A DNA stretch of 25,523 nt from an uncultured archaeon (GCA_963817525.1 CAWFOU010000010.1:1-25523), one strand, 5' to 3'. Positions 1-8,630 are shown, counted from the stretch's first letter. The notes: a model not told the origin generated them from the sequence alone. Translations and numbers: made by a program.

Positions 1-211
1 TTGTTCGGCGGAGCGACCTTCCATCCCGGTGGCATGGCACCGGATGGGGGTTGGCTCCACTAGAGAAACGTTTCTGCCGTGGCCCGCTCGTCGCGTGGCA
101 GTCAAGACACCCAACCCGAGACGATGGCGACGGGCGCTGCCGTTCCTGGAGGGCCGACCGGTTCCTCCAATATTGTGATATAAGGGAACCCCGCGCAGCG
201 ACTGCTGCGCA

Positions 212-1474
212 ATGTCGAGCTTTAGCGGTGGAAGGTCCAGGCGTGGAGCCAGGGCGAACTACGGTAGACGTAGCGCTGTCGGCACGGCGATCCTCGCCGC
301 GGTCGTCGTGATATTCCTCGTTGTCGCCGTCGGAGGGTATTTCGTCCTGAGCTCGACCTCGAAAACTACCAGCAGCCAGTCGCAGACGACGTCGACAAGC
401 CAATCGACCTCCTCGACCACCACCTCGACCACTCTATCGTCCACCTCGAACGCCTCGGGCGCTTTGTTTCCGTTCGAGTTCTCCCTTGCGCAAGCCTCGG
501 ATGCCCTGGTCTCGCCAGGTGATTACAGCTACGTCGTCTCCCTGACAATCAGCCATGCTCCCGGATCCGGCGGCGAATTTGTCACTCTCAACAGCACTTC
601 ACCGACAGGAATCAGCGTACAGTTCTCGCCCTCCAGTCCTGTCGCCCTCCAGTCGGGCGCGGACGTGAACGTGACCTTGGACGTCATCGCAGCCTCGAAC
701 GCGACTCTTGGTAACGACACGATAGAGGTGCAGGGTGTCGCGGGGGCGTACTCGCAGACCGCGAGCTTCAACCTCATGGTCGTGCAGTACAGCGTCATCA
801 TTTCTCCCAGCACCTACGCGTCGGCGAGCGTCTTCTACCCGAGCGTGCTGAACGTCACCGCCGGGAGCACCGTCTACTGGCAGAATCTCGATGGCCCTGC
901 GTCAGTGTGCGGAGAGGCGGCCGGCCCGGGAACGGGCGACCATAACGTGGTCTTCACCACGCTCCCGGCCGCGAACTCCCCAACCATCAAGCAATTCCAG
1001 ATCTACAACTACACTTTCACCACCCCTGGCAGCTACTTCTACTACTCGTCCCTTGACACCGACCAGTCGATGAACGGGACCATCAACGTCTTGGCGCCGG
1101 ACGGAGGGGGGCTGGGGATGGTCCCGAGGATCCCTACGTTCTCGTACTTCAACAACCAGAACCTCAGCGCCGTCTCGACGCCGTCCGGAACCGGGGAGGC
1201 CTTCAGTCCTAACGGGATGGTCCTGCCTTTCCTGCCCGGCGGGCTGGCATCCATAGCCCTGGTCCTCTGGGGCACGCTTTCATCAGTTGCCTCGCGCTAC
1301 TTGTCAGAGGCTGGTCCGGCAGTCCTAGCCTTGGCGCTTGTTGTGGCCGTCCTGGCTAGGAGGGGGGCAGCGACTCTGGGCGCAGGCGCGCCTCGCGCTG
1401 CTCGAACGACGCGCGCGGGGATTCCGAGCCGATTCCGAGGCGCCGATTCTCCGGCGGGCGATACTCTCCGCTAG
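212..1474 (+). CDS. Membrane-anchored protein with Ser/Thr linker, Ig-like region and cupredoxin (plastocyanin-like) domain
   Basis: N-terminal TM (AILAAVVVIFLVVAVGGYFVL), S/T-rich linker, cupredoxin-type segment FYPSVLNVTAGSTVYWQNLD...HNVVF...YNYTFTTPGSYFYYS...MNGTINV, C-terminal hydrophobic helices. The tail after the last TM looks off-frame. Confidence 0.8.
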   Translation: MSSFSGGRSRRGARANYGRRSAVGTAILAAVVVIFLVVAVGGYFVLSSTSKTTSSQSQTTSTSQSTSSTTTSTTLSSTSNASGALFPFEFSLAQASDALVSPGDYSYVVSLTISHAPGSGGEFVTLNSTSPTGISVQFSPSSPVALQSGADVNVTLDVIAASNATLGNDTIEVQGVAGAYSQTASFNLMVVQYSVIISPSTYASASVFYPSVLNVTAGSTVYWQNLDGPASVCGEAAGPGTGDHNVVFTTLPAANSPTIKQFQIYNYTFTTPGSYFYYSSLDTDQSMNGTINVLAPDGGGLGMVPRIPTFSYFNNQNLSAVSTPSGTGEAFSPNGMVLPFLPGGLASIALVLWGTLSSVASRYLSEAGPAVLALALVVAVLARRGAATLGAGAPRAARTTRAGIPSRFRGADSPAGDTLR

Positions 1475-1617
1475 AGACCCGATGGTTGAGTTTGCAATGG
1501 CCGTCCGCGAGGCATTGTGACGGGAACAAATCACACCTGCGGAAGAACTTCGCCGTTTCTCGGCATTCATTGACTTTCGCAACGCTTTAATTCTCATAGT
1601 CTCCGCGAACGCTGAGT

Positions 1618-3180
1618 ATGAAGTCGCGGTTGTCTACGGTAGTGTCAGTCGCCGTGCTCATATTGATTGGAGCATCGTTTCTCACCCTCGCTCTACCTCC
1701 CTCCGCCCAGGCGAATGTGACTCCCGCCTCCCACCCGAGGATTACCTACGCCAACGGCAGCAGCGAGAACTGGAGCGGCTACGCCGTCACAGGCCCCGCG
1801 GGTTCTGTGACGAACGTGGAGGGCTCCTGGATTGCTCCCAGCGTCACCTGCTCCTCGAGGGGGAGCGCCTACGCCGCCTTCTGGGTGGGGATAGACGGTT
1901 ACTCTTCCGACACGGTGGAGCAGACGGGGACGATGGCGCAGTGCCTGCGGGGCACCCCCAGCTACTACGCATGGTACGAGTTCTACCCGAGCGGCTCTTA
2001 CGATATTTCGAGCGTCCCGGTCTCGCCGGGTAACAAGATGTCTGCGGGGGTGACCTACTCCGGAGGCGAGTTCACCACAACGATCAACGATGTGACGACG
2101 GGGAAGTCCTACAGCATAACCCAGGCGGTGGCCTCGGCGGTGGAGAGTTCGGCAGAGTGGATAGCTGAGGCTCCTTCTTCCAGTACCACGATTCTGCCGT
2201 TGGCTGATTTCGGCACGGCGTACTACGGCGTAGACAACACCGGCGTCGCCTCCACCGATTACGCCACAGTCAGCGGGGTAACGGGGACGATCAGCTCCTT
2301 CGGGTCTGCCGTGCAAGAAATCACGATGGTCTCGGGCTCAGGCTCGACCGAGGCGACACCCTCGGCGATCTCGAGCGACGGCACTAGCTTCTCGGTTGCT
2401 TGGGGAAGCGGGACGACCACCACGACCACGAGCTCAACCTCAACCACATCCAGCACGAGCACGACCACGAGCTCGACCTCCACCTCAACCAGCAAGACTA
2501 CGAGTACGAGCACAAGTACGAGCACGACCACGAGCTCGACTTCCGCTTCAACCAGCAAGACTACGAGCACTAGCTCGAGCTCGACTTCCACCTCAACCAG
2601 CACGAGCACGAGCACCAGCTCGACCTCCAGCGTCACCGTCAACTCGCAGAACCAGGCTGGTGCCGCCATCACCGGCTACTACACCATCCTCTACGGCGCC
2701 AGTGGAAGCGTCGCTGATACTGGCTATACTCCAGCTACATTCCCCACGACGTCTGGGGACGCGTACAGTGTGCAGGTGGACAACTACGGCAGCTGCGTCT
2801 TCAGCGCGTGGTCCGACGGCGTGACGAGTAACCCGAGGACTTTCACAGCTACAAGCTCACCGACGACCTTCACCGCGATTTACAACTGCTCAGGTACGAC
2901 GTCATCGGGCTCTAGCGTCACGGTGAACTCTGTCAACCAGGACGGCACTACCATCACCGGCTACTACACCATCCTCTACAGCTCGAGCGGGAGCGTGGAC
3001 AACACCGGCTTTACTCCAACGACATTCTCCACGGCGTCTGGGGACGCGTACAGCGTCCAGGTGGACAACTATGGCAGTTGCGCCTTCACCAGCTGGTCCG
3101 GCGGCGCGACAGCTGATCCTATGACCTTCACCGCGACGAGCTCCGCCCAGACGTTCACAGCGGAATACAACTGCGGATAG
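1618..3180 (+). CDS. Secreted G1-family glutamic peptidase (scytalidoglutamic/peptidase A4 type) with S/T linker and duplicated C-terminal domain
   Basis: Signal peptide; SENWSGYAV, AFWVGIDGY, EQTGT (catalytic Gln), YYAWYEFYP, SAEWIAEAP (catalytic Glu); TATA-like CTTTAAT about 32 nt upstream of ATG. Confidence 0.92.
   Translation: MKSRLSTVVSVAVLILIGASFLTLALPPSAQANVTPASHPRITYANGSSENWSGYAVTGPAGSVTNVEGSWIAPSVTCSSRGSAYAAFWVGIDGYSSDTVEQTGTMAQCLRGTPSYYAWYEFYPSGSYDISSVPVSPGNKMSAGVTYSGGEFTTTINDVTTGKSYSITQAVASAVESSAEWIAEAPSSSTTILPLADFGTAYYGVDNTGVASTDYATVSGVTGTISSFGSAVQEITMVSGSGSTEATPSAISSDGTSFSVAWGSGTTTTTTSSTSTTSSTSTTTSSTSTSTSKTTSTSTSTSTTTSSTSASTSKTTSTSSSSTSTSTSTSTSTSSTSSVTVNSQNQAGAAITGYYTILYGASGSVADTGYTPATFPTTSGDAYSVQVDNYGSCVFSAWSDGVTSNPRTFTATSSPTTFTAIYNCSGTTSSGSSVTVNSVNQDGTTITGYYTILYSSSGSVDNTGFTPTTFSTASGDAYSVQVDNYGSCAFTSWSGGATADPMTFTATSSAQTFTAEYNCG
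2413..2630 (+). repeat. Low-complexity Ser/Thr linker-coding repeats
   Basis: Repeated acgagc/acgacc/tcgacc units encoding TTTTSSTSTS within the peptidase. Confidence 0.85.
2629..3177 (+). repeat. Intragenic tandem duplication of a ~88-aa domain (2629-2890 and 2914-3177)
   Basis: SVTVNS.NQ.G..ITGYYTILY..SGSV..TG.TP.TF.T.SGDAYSVQVDNYGSC.F..WS.G occurs twice, each ending YNC. Confidence 0.9.
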
Positions 3181-3227
3181 AGCCGCATTTCGCGCATTGA
3201 AGCGCGTCGTAGGAGAAGATTTTCGGC

Positions 3228-3568
3228 CTAACCGACGCGGCCCCGCATACAACGATGGGATTAGGCGCACGTTCCAGAACAGGCCCCAGCATATCGCAAG
3301 GGTCGGGATAGGCAAGCCCCACGCGAACAACAACCGCGTGGAGCGGTTGAACGGGACGCTCCGCGAGCGGGTGAAGGTTCAACGCGGCTGGAAGTCGATG
3401 AAGACGCAGCTCGCCGAGGGCGCGAGGATTCAGTATAACTTCGTCAAGCCGCACATGGCCTTGGAGAATCAGACCCCGGCGGACGCGGCGGGCGTTGGAG
3501 TCGAAGGCAAGGACAAGTGGATGGGCCTGCTAAAGGGAGCCATCACCCAAGCCCGGCGAGACCCGTAA
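3228..3568 (+). pseudogene. IS6-family DDE transposase, C-terminal fragment (element A)
   Basis: Near-identical protein to 7785-8126 (GIRRTFQNRPQHIA.VGIGKPHANNNRVERLNGTLRERVKVQRGWKS); 5' part missing. Confidence 0.88.
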
Positions 3569-3595
3569 ATATGACGGGGTCGGTTTAACGTTCCC

Positions 3596-3919
3596 TTGAT
3601 TTCGAAGAGAGTCGCGATTGCCGCCAGCGCGATTGTCATAGCCTTCCTTGTCCTCGTTCCAATCATCCCTGACGGACGCGACTCTTTTTGCCCGCCGAAA
3701 GAGCGTTGCATACAGGGCGCTTCGCCATTTGTCTCCGTAGCATACTTCGCCTTCGGAATCGGAATGGTGGACTCCGGTGGAATTATTTTCTTTGTCTACA
3801 CCCCTTGGATGTGTAGCACCACCCATTATGTCAACGGGTCGATTGAGGCGTATGGCTGCAACCGAGGAATCGTTCAGCTCAATCATCCAGAGCGGAACAG
3901 CCGTTCAAGTCACCCATAG
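3596..3919 (+). CDS. Small membrane protein (IS passenger)
   Basis: N-terminal TM ending in Pro, Cys pair, SVAYFAFGIG motif shared with the next ORF. Confidence 0.65.
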   Translation: MISKRVAIAASAIVIAFLVLVPIIPDGRDSFCPPKERCIQGASPFVSVAYFAFGIGMVDSGGIIFFVYTPWMCSTTHYVNGSIEAYGCNRGIVQLNHPERNSRSSHP

Positions 3920-3983
3920 GCGGAACAGAGCCGTTAGCGATGCTGACTGAGGCCGTAAATAGCACCCAAGCCCCTTCGGACGC

Positions 3984-4196
3984 ATGAAGAAGAGAACAAC
4001 GCGCATAGTCGCTGTGTTAGTCCCGGCCTTCCTCCTGTTCTTCTTCTTTGCTCCCGTAGTCTGGATGAATATCATTCCCTGCATTGCCTACGGTTACGGC
4101 TACTCCTCGATTTCTCGCGCTCTCTTCAATGTCGGAGAGGGATACATCGGGGGACATTTGATATGGATGACAGAGAATTATCACAACTGCATTTGA
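3984..4196 (+). CDS. Small membrane protein (IS passenger), likely paralogue of 3596-3919
   Basis: Basic N-terminus, TM ending in Pro, SISRALFNVG..YIGG motif; GTAAATA box about 28 nt upstream; stop abuts the IS end. Confidence 0.7.
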   Translation: MKKRTTRIVAVLVPAFLLFFFFAPVVWMNIIPCIAYGYGYSSISRALFNVGEGYIGGHLIWMTENYHNCI

Positions 4197-4197
4197 T

Positions 4198-4251
4198 AGC
4201 ATCACCGGTCATGGGACAGCCCTCCAAATCACCGGTCTATGGGACAGAGTC
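4198..4251. repeat. Right terminal repeat of IS6-like element A (two CACC-N6/7-TGGGACAG sub-repeats)
   Basis: agcATCACCGGtcATGGGACAGccctccaaATCACCGGtctATGGGACAGagtc; homologous to 5973-6022, 8579-8630 and (inverted) 6030-6080. Confidence 0.88.
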
Positions 4252-4738
4252 CAGAAGAGCATGGCGTATCTCTGGAACATCATGGACAGGAAGACGAGGT
4301 TCTTGATCGCCTCGCGGCTCTCCGAGAAGCGCGATTCCATCGGGGCGATGGCCGCATTCAACCGTGCGATTAGGGTTGCACACGGGAGCGAGCCTGAAAG
4401 GGTCTTGACGGAGCGGCCTGCATACAACGAAGGGATTAGGCGCACTTCCAGAACAGACCAGCACATCGCGAGGGTGGGAATCGGGAAGCCCACGCCAAAA
4501 CAACCGAGTAGAGAGGTTGAACGGGACGCTCCGCGAGAGGGTGAAGGTTCAGAAGAGGATGGAAGAGCATGAAGACCAACTCGCGGAAGGGCAGAGAATC
4601 CAATACAACTTTGTCAATCCATGCGCTCTTGATGGGCAGACTGCGGCCAAGTCGCTAGAATCGGAATAGAGGGAGAGAACAAGTGGATGGAATTGCTCAA
4701 GGCTCACTCAAGAGGACAGAAGGTTCTTCGAAGTATGA
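4252..4738 (+). pseudogene. IS6-family transposase fragment (element B), frameshifted and 5'-truncated by element A
   Basis: Starts right after the A end with cagaagagcatggc, matching 7632 onward; MAYLWNIMDRKTRFLIASRLSEKRD identical to element C; several indels. Confidence 0.88.
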
Positions 4739-4944
4739 GAGCTGGCGAATTAGACATGCACGCGTGATGATTGTCATTGGTAAATGTTGAAAGAAAAGGG
4801 GCAGATTAACGCTGATGAATGGGAAAGAAGGGTAAAACGGAAGATTCCTAAATAACAATCACCGGATTGGCGCTTAAGTCTAAAAAACTTAATACTGTAG
4901 CATATGTTTACTTACAGTGTGGTGGGGAGTGCATCGTGGCAACA

Positions 4945-5230
4945 TGAGCACTAAACTGAACGTATCATCTGAGCTCGGCGTTCGGCTAACTGGATTCAAA
5001 CTGGATGACGTAATGTCCACTAAGTTCCTTTCCGAATTCAGGAAGGCGTTTCTACGGCATAATTAAGGCAATCGTATTCGGGTTCACCGATTCGAAGGAA
5101 GGAATCATCATTGAGCACGACAGAGACACGATAGCGGAAAATTCAACATGGAACGGGTTGATGTAGAGGGTTCTAAGCCTGACTTGAATGTTAAGGCGAA
5201 GGATGTCTTGGTCAGGGTGTTCTCTTAGAT
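4945..5230 (+). pseudogene. Hypothetical passenger gene, frameshifted
   Basis: MSTKLNVSSELGVRLTGFKLDD... then protein-like reads in shifted frames (AIVFGFTDSKEGIIIEHD; VEGSKPDLNVKAKDVLVRVF). Confidence 0.35.
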
Positions 5231-5580
5231 GGCACAGGCACTCCAAGATAAGACATGGATTGGAATGGAGAGGCACGCCTTTTGGGTTCTAGCAAGACAA
5301 CATTGGGTGCGCCAAATCTAATTTCAATGGTCATCTGCTTCAGAATCGGGCGACAGGCTTTCGCAAGGTGCTGGCAATAGTGCACATCAGGCCATCGAAG
5401 ATCTTGGAGAAGATTTCAAGAAGAAGAATCGCGGGAAATACATCGTGATGTCCTACGAGGGGAAGCAACTTGCGATTGGAAATTCGATCAGGAAATTAGG
5501 TGGCAGCCAAGGCAAAGGGTATTCACGGAAATGCTGTGATTGAACGGATAGGTTTCGACCACTCATCAAGCTTTCACGGT
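5229..5580 (+). pseudogene. DUF5678-like small protein, frameshifted
   Basis: Segment EDFKKKNRGKYIVMSYEGKQLAIGNSIRKL...IERIG resembles the DUF5678 pattern and precedes an aspartyl protease, the usual pairing. Confidence 0.45.
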
Positions 5581-5628
5581 AGCGGAGACTGACCTTACTG
5601 CCGACCTGCTCTTACATTCAGAGGTGAG

Positions 5629-5963
5629 TTGCGAGTTGATGTCGTTCTTGAATTGAAGGGTAGGGAAATCCGAACTAATGCATGCATAGATACCGGATTC
5701 ACGGGTGAAGCGGGCTTTAGGGTTCCAGACCACCTTTGGATTGCAGGAAACGATACCTACGATTTGAGACAGGAGGATTCGAATGGCGAACTCGATTGGG
5801 TGCTACATCCTTTGACGCAAAATTGATAAGAATTAATGGCGTGGATGTCTCCAAGAGGCATAACAGCATTTCAGGATGGCGATCATTAATGGGAGAGGAA
5901 TTCTTGCAAACATGTGTCTTACACATCGACGTCCACGCGCGAAGGCACTCCTTAGTTCCCTAA
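5629..5963 (+). pseudogene. Clan AA (retropepsin-like) single-domain aspartyl protease, one frameshift
   Basis: ACIDTGFTG catalytic motif in 5629-5826 and SLMGEEFL...LHID C-terminal motif in 5736-5963. Confidence 0.7.
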
Positions 5964-5972
5964 GCATACTCT

Positions 5973-6022
5973 CACCACCAAAATGGGACAGGCTTCGGAA
6001 ACACCAAGGACGGGACACAACC
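5973..6022. repeat. Right terminal repeat of element B
   Basis: CACCaccaaaATGGGACAGgcttcggaaaCACCaaggacGGGACACaacc. Confidence 0.75.
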
Positions 6023-6029
6023 CGATTGG

Positions 6030-6080
6030 GACTCTGTCCATCTTCGGGTGTTTTGAAGGGCTGTCATTTTGGGTGGTGAT
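6030..6080. repeat. Left terminal inverted repeat of element C
   Basis: Reverse complement atcaccacccaaaatGACAGcccttcaaaaCACCcgaagATGGACAGagtc matches the right ends apart from G-run shortening. Confidence 0.8.
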
Positions 6081-6116
6081 ACTGTCTTGAGAGTGTGGAT
6101 TCTCCAAGTGAACTCG

Positions 6117-6640
6117 TCAAAGAACCAGGTTTGTTCCTTTGATGTGGTAATCTGTCTGTTTCTTCTGACAACTATGGGTCTCGCGTTCTTCCGCGATTAA
6201 GTCTAATCCGCATCTCTCACACTTGAGCGATTTGCGTTCATCAAAAGACCCCCGGAAATGCTCTTTCTTGGGAGGTTCAGGTTGCTTTGGAGCGTTCGCA
6301 AGTGGTGGAGTCTTCTTCTTGCCCTCGGATTCTTCTTGCGGATTCCGCTTCTTTTCTGCATCCAATTCCTTCGCAAGGGTCTTGGCATCGTCTAAGGCTC
6401 GTCCTCTCTCGCCTCAGTTTTTCTATCTCTGGATTCGGTGGAGATATTGGGCGAACCTCGTCGTAGTCATAACTCACCTTTCGGTGGCAATAGGGACAGG
6501 CGACTTCAATGGGATAATCAGTAGAAGTCCCATCATCGCCTTAGCACCTGATTTCTTCTGACCAAGTTCTTTGTTTGCCTCAGTGAGGTCGATAGTTCTG
6601 AAGCACTTGTAACACACTACGCATTATGGTCGGTGAGTGG
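6117..6640 (-). pseudogene. Zinc-finger passenger protein, frameshifted
   Basis: Joined frames give VVCYKCFRTIDL...EVACPYCHRKVSYDYDEV...LKCERCGLDL....ETHSC. Confidence 0.5.
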
Positions 6641-6654
6641 GGAAGACAAAGCGA

Positions 6655-6786
6655 TCAACTTTCATCCAGATACTTCTTTATGAGTTCTTGGATTACATCG
6701 TTCTTCTTCCGACCGCCAAAGTTCTGAATGACTTTGATGGAGAAGTCCTTCCCTCTGTCTGGAACATCGATGGTGGTCTTCACCAT
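6655..6786 (-). CDS. Small ribbon-helix-helix-like regulator divergent from the transposase (43 aa, not in ORF track)
   Basis: MVKTTIDVPDRGKDFSIKVIQNFGGRKKNDVIQELIKKYLDES: beta-strand then two helices. Confidence 0.6.
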   Translation of the reverse strand: MVKTTIDVPDRGKDFSIKVIQNFGGRKKNDVIQELIKKYLDES

Positions 6787-6953
6787 CTACGTCGGCTCCT
6801 TGCCGGTGTCCTTCGCATGGTCATGTTTCCTTCTCTGAGGATTAGAAGGCCTAATACTTAAGTGTAATCCCTTCGACAAAAGAAGGGTTATCGACGGGGA
6901 AACGGGAACCTCTATTACCATCGATACTTACCCGTATGGAAGGGGATACAGCG

Positions 6954-8126
6954 ATGGAAACCCAGACTGGCAACAACTCGGACGCTCGGATGACGAGAGG
7001 CTTGGAGATTTCCAAGACCGCGACGATAGCGGAGAACGAGGACGGTAGCTTCACCGTCCCCTCTCAGACGAGCAATTCTTCTTACCAAGTCAGACTTCTC
7101 GGGCGCGACTTGGGTTTGCTCCTGTCCAGACTTTGAGAACCGAGCAGACCAGATAGAGATGTGCAAGCACGCCTTCGCGGTCAAGTTCTGGATTGACGTC
7201 AAGCGTGGAACTGCAAGAGGCACCAGAGCCGAAGGTCTTCGCCGACGACGCTGACCCAATGCGTGAAGTGTGGGAGCATCAGGGTGATTAGGTTCGGGAC
7301 ATACAACGGGAACCAGATTTGGAAGTGCAACGACTGTAAGACCAAGTTCCGCGAGCTCCCTCATCAAGAAGGTCCACTATTCCACCAGAGACGATTACCC
7401 TCACCCTCGACCTCTACTTTTCGGGGCTCTCGCTCCGAAAGATAACGCGCATCGCTGAACGACCACTTTGACATGAACCTCGGCAAGTCCACTGTCTACC
7501 GATGGATTGAGACTTTCGTGCCGAAGATTTCCGAATATGTGAACAGCTTGAAGCCCCAACTCTCGGACACCTGGCACGCGGACGAGCTTTTCGTGAAGAT
7601 GAAGGGCGGAGTGAAGGACACCCAATACAACCAGAAGAGCATGGCCTATCTCTGGAACATCATGGACAGGAAGACGAGGTTCTTGATCGCCTCGCGGCTC
7701 TCCGAGAAGCGCGATTCCATCGGGGCGATGGCCGCATTCAACCGTGCGATTAGGGTTGCACACGGGAGCGAGCCTGAAAGGGTCTTGACCGACGCGGCCC
7801 CTGCATACACCGAAGGGATTAGGCGCACGTTCCAGAACAGGCCCCAGCACATCGCCAAGGTAGGAATCGGGAAGCCACACGCCAATAACAACCGAGTCGA
7901 GAGGTTGAACGGGACGCTCCGCGAGAGGGTGAAGGTTCAGCGCGGTTGGAAGTCCATGAAGACCCAACTCGCGGAAGGCCAGAGAATCCAATACAACTTT
8001 GTGAAGCCTCACATGGCTCTCGATGGCCAGACTCCGGCTCAAGCGGCTGGACTCGCCCCGAAGGGCTGGATGGAGCTATTCACGGAAGCCTTAGAAGCAT
8101 CCGGCTCAACTTCAGGATCACAATGA
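6954..8126 (+). CDS. IS6-family DDE transposase with N-terminal SWIM zinc finger and zinc ribbon (frameshifted 5' half)
   Basis: FTVPSQT...WVCSCPDF...CKHAFAV (SWIM), C.KCGS...WKCNDC (Zn ribbon), HTH (LGKSTVYRWI), then WHADE...LWNIMD...VLTD...NNRVERLN in 7473-8126. Confidence 0.88.
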
Positions 8127-8578
8127 CAGCGAAGCGCGTTGTCATCCTCGCGGTTGCCGCCATCGTCGTAATCTTCGCCGCGACCGGCATATACTACTTG
8201 GTGCTTCCGCCCGGAGCCTCGAAGACCGTGACGATAGTTGCGACGGGCAGCCCTCCTGAAGGAAGCTTGGGCGCTCCCGAACAAGGCTTGGTTTTCGCCC
8301 CAGCGAACTTCACAGTCAGGGAGGGACAGCGTGTCACCCTCGTATTTGTTAATCGCGGAAGCGCTCCCCACGAACTTGTCATCCCTCAATTGGGCGTGGA
8401 CACCGGAGTGGTCAATGTAGGAGCGACGAAAAGCGTCTCCTTTGTCCCCAGCACGGTCGGCACGTTCTTCGATATGCAGCCATGTGGAACACCCGCTGCG
8501 GAATCGGCGGGTCTGCCTGGCTGCAACATTGAGGGATATGGCAACATTGAGGGATATGTGACAGTCTTGTCCCGGTAG
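8123..8578 (+). CDS. Cupredoxin-domain membrane or secreted protein (IS passenger)
   Basis: ATGA overlap with transposase stop; TM, then FAPANFTVREGQRVTLVFVNRGSAPHEL...FVPSTVGTF; stop abuts the IR. Confidence 0.82.
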   Translation: MTAKRVVILAVAAIVVIFAATGIYYLVLPPGASKTVTIVATGSPPEGSLGAPEQGLVFAPANFTVREGQRVTLVFVNRGSAPHELVIPQLGVDTGVVNVGATKSVSFVPSTVGTFFDMQPCGTPAAESAGLPGCNIEGYGNIEGYVTVLSR

Positions 8579-8630
8579 CATCACCGGACATGGGACAGCG
8601 TTTCAAATCACCGGGAGATGGGACAGAACC
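8579..8630. repeat. Right terminal inverted repeat of element C
   Basis: cATCACCGGacATGGGACAGcgtttcaaATCACCGGgagATGGGACAGaacc. Confidence 0.88.

Larger units (their letters stand above)
3228..4251 (+). mobile_element. IS6-family element A (left-truncated) with two passenger genes and intact right end
   Basis: Transposase fragment, two small ORFs, then terminal repeat at 4198-4251 ending GGGACAGAGTC. Confidence 0.75.
4252..6022 (+). mobile_element. IS6-family element B (left-truncated) with lower-GC passenger genes
   Basis: Transposase fragment, AT-richer cargo, terminal repeat 5973-6022 ending GGGACACAACC. Confidence 0.7.
6030..8630 (+). mobile_element. Complete IS6-family element C with terminal inverted repeats and passenger genes on both sides of the transposase
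   Basis: Left end GACTCTGTCC...GGTGAT (6030-6080) is the reverse complement of the right-end type; the right end reads GGTTCTGTCCC on the minus strand, matching the GGnnCTGT terminus of IS6-family IRs. Confidence 0.85.

Noticed and set aside
1-63. 3' end of an upstream gene (LFGGATFHPGGMAPDGGWLH-stop)
   Set aside because: Too short to support without upstream sequence.
2259-2824. Val/Leu/Glu-rich and Arg/Pro-rich ORFs
   Set aside because: Antisense or alternative frames of the Ser/Thr linker; the same applies to 16083-16445.
4198-4251. Mini-CRISPR from the two ATCACCGG..ATGGGACAG units
   Set aside because: Only two units about 8 bp apart, recurring at transposon ends; better explained as IR sub-repeats.
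7946-8122. Extended N-terminus of the 210-aa cupredoxin ORF
   Set aside because: Overlaps the transposase; the ATG at 8123 precedes a TM signal and overlaps the transposase stop.
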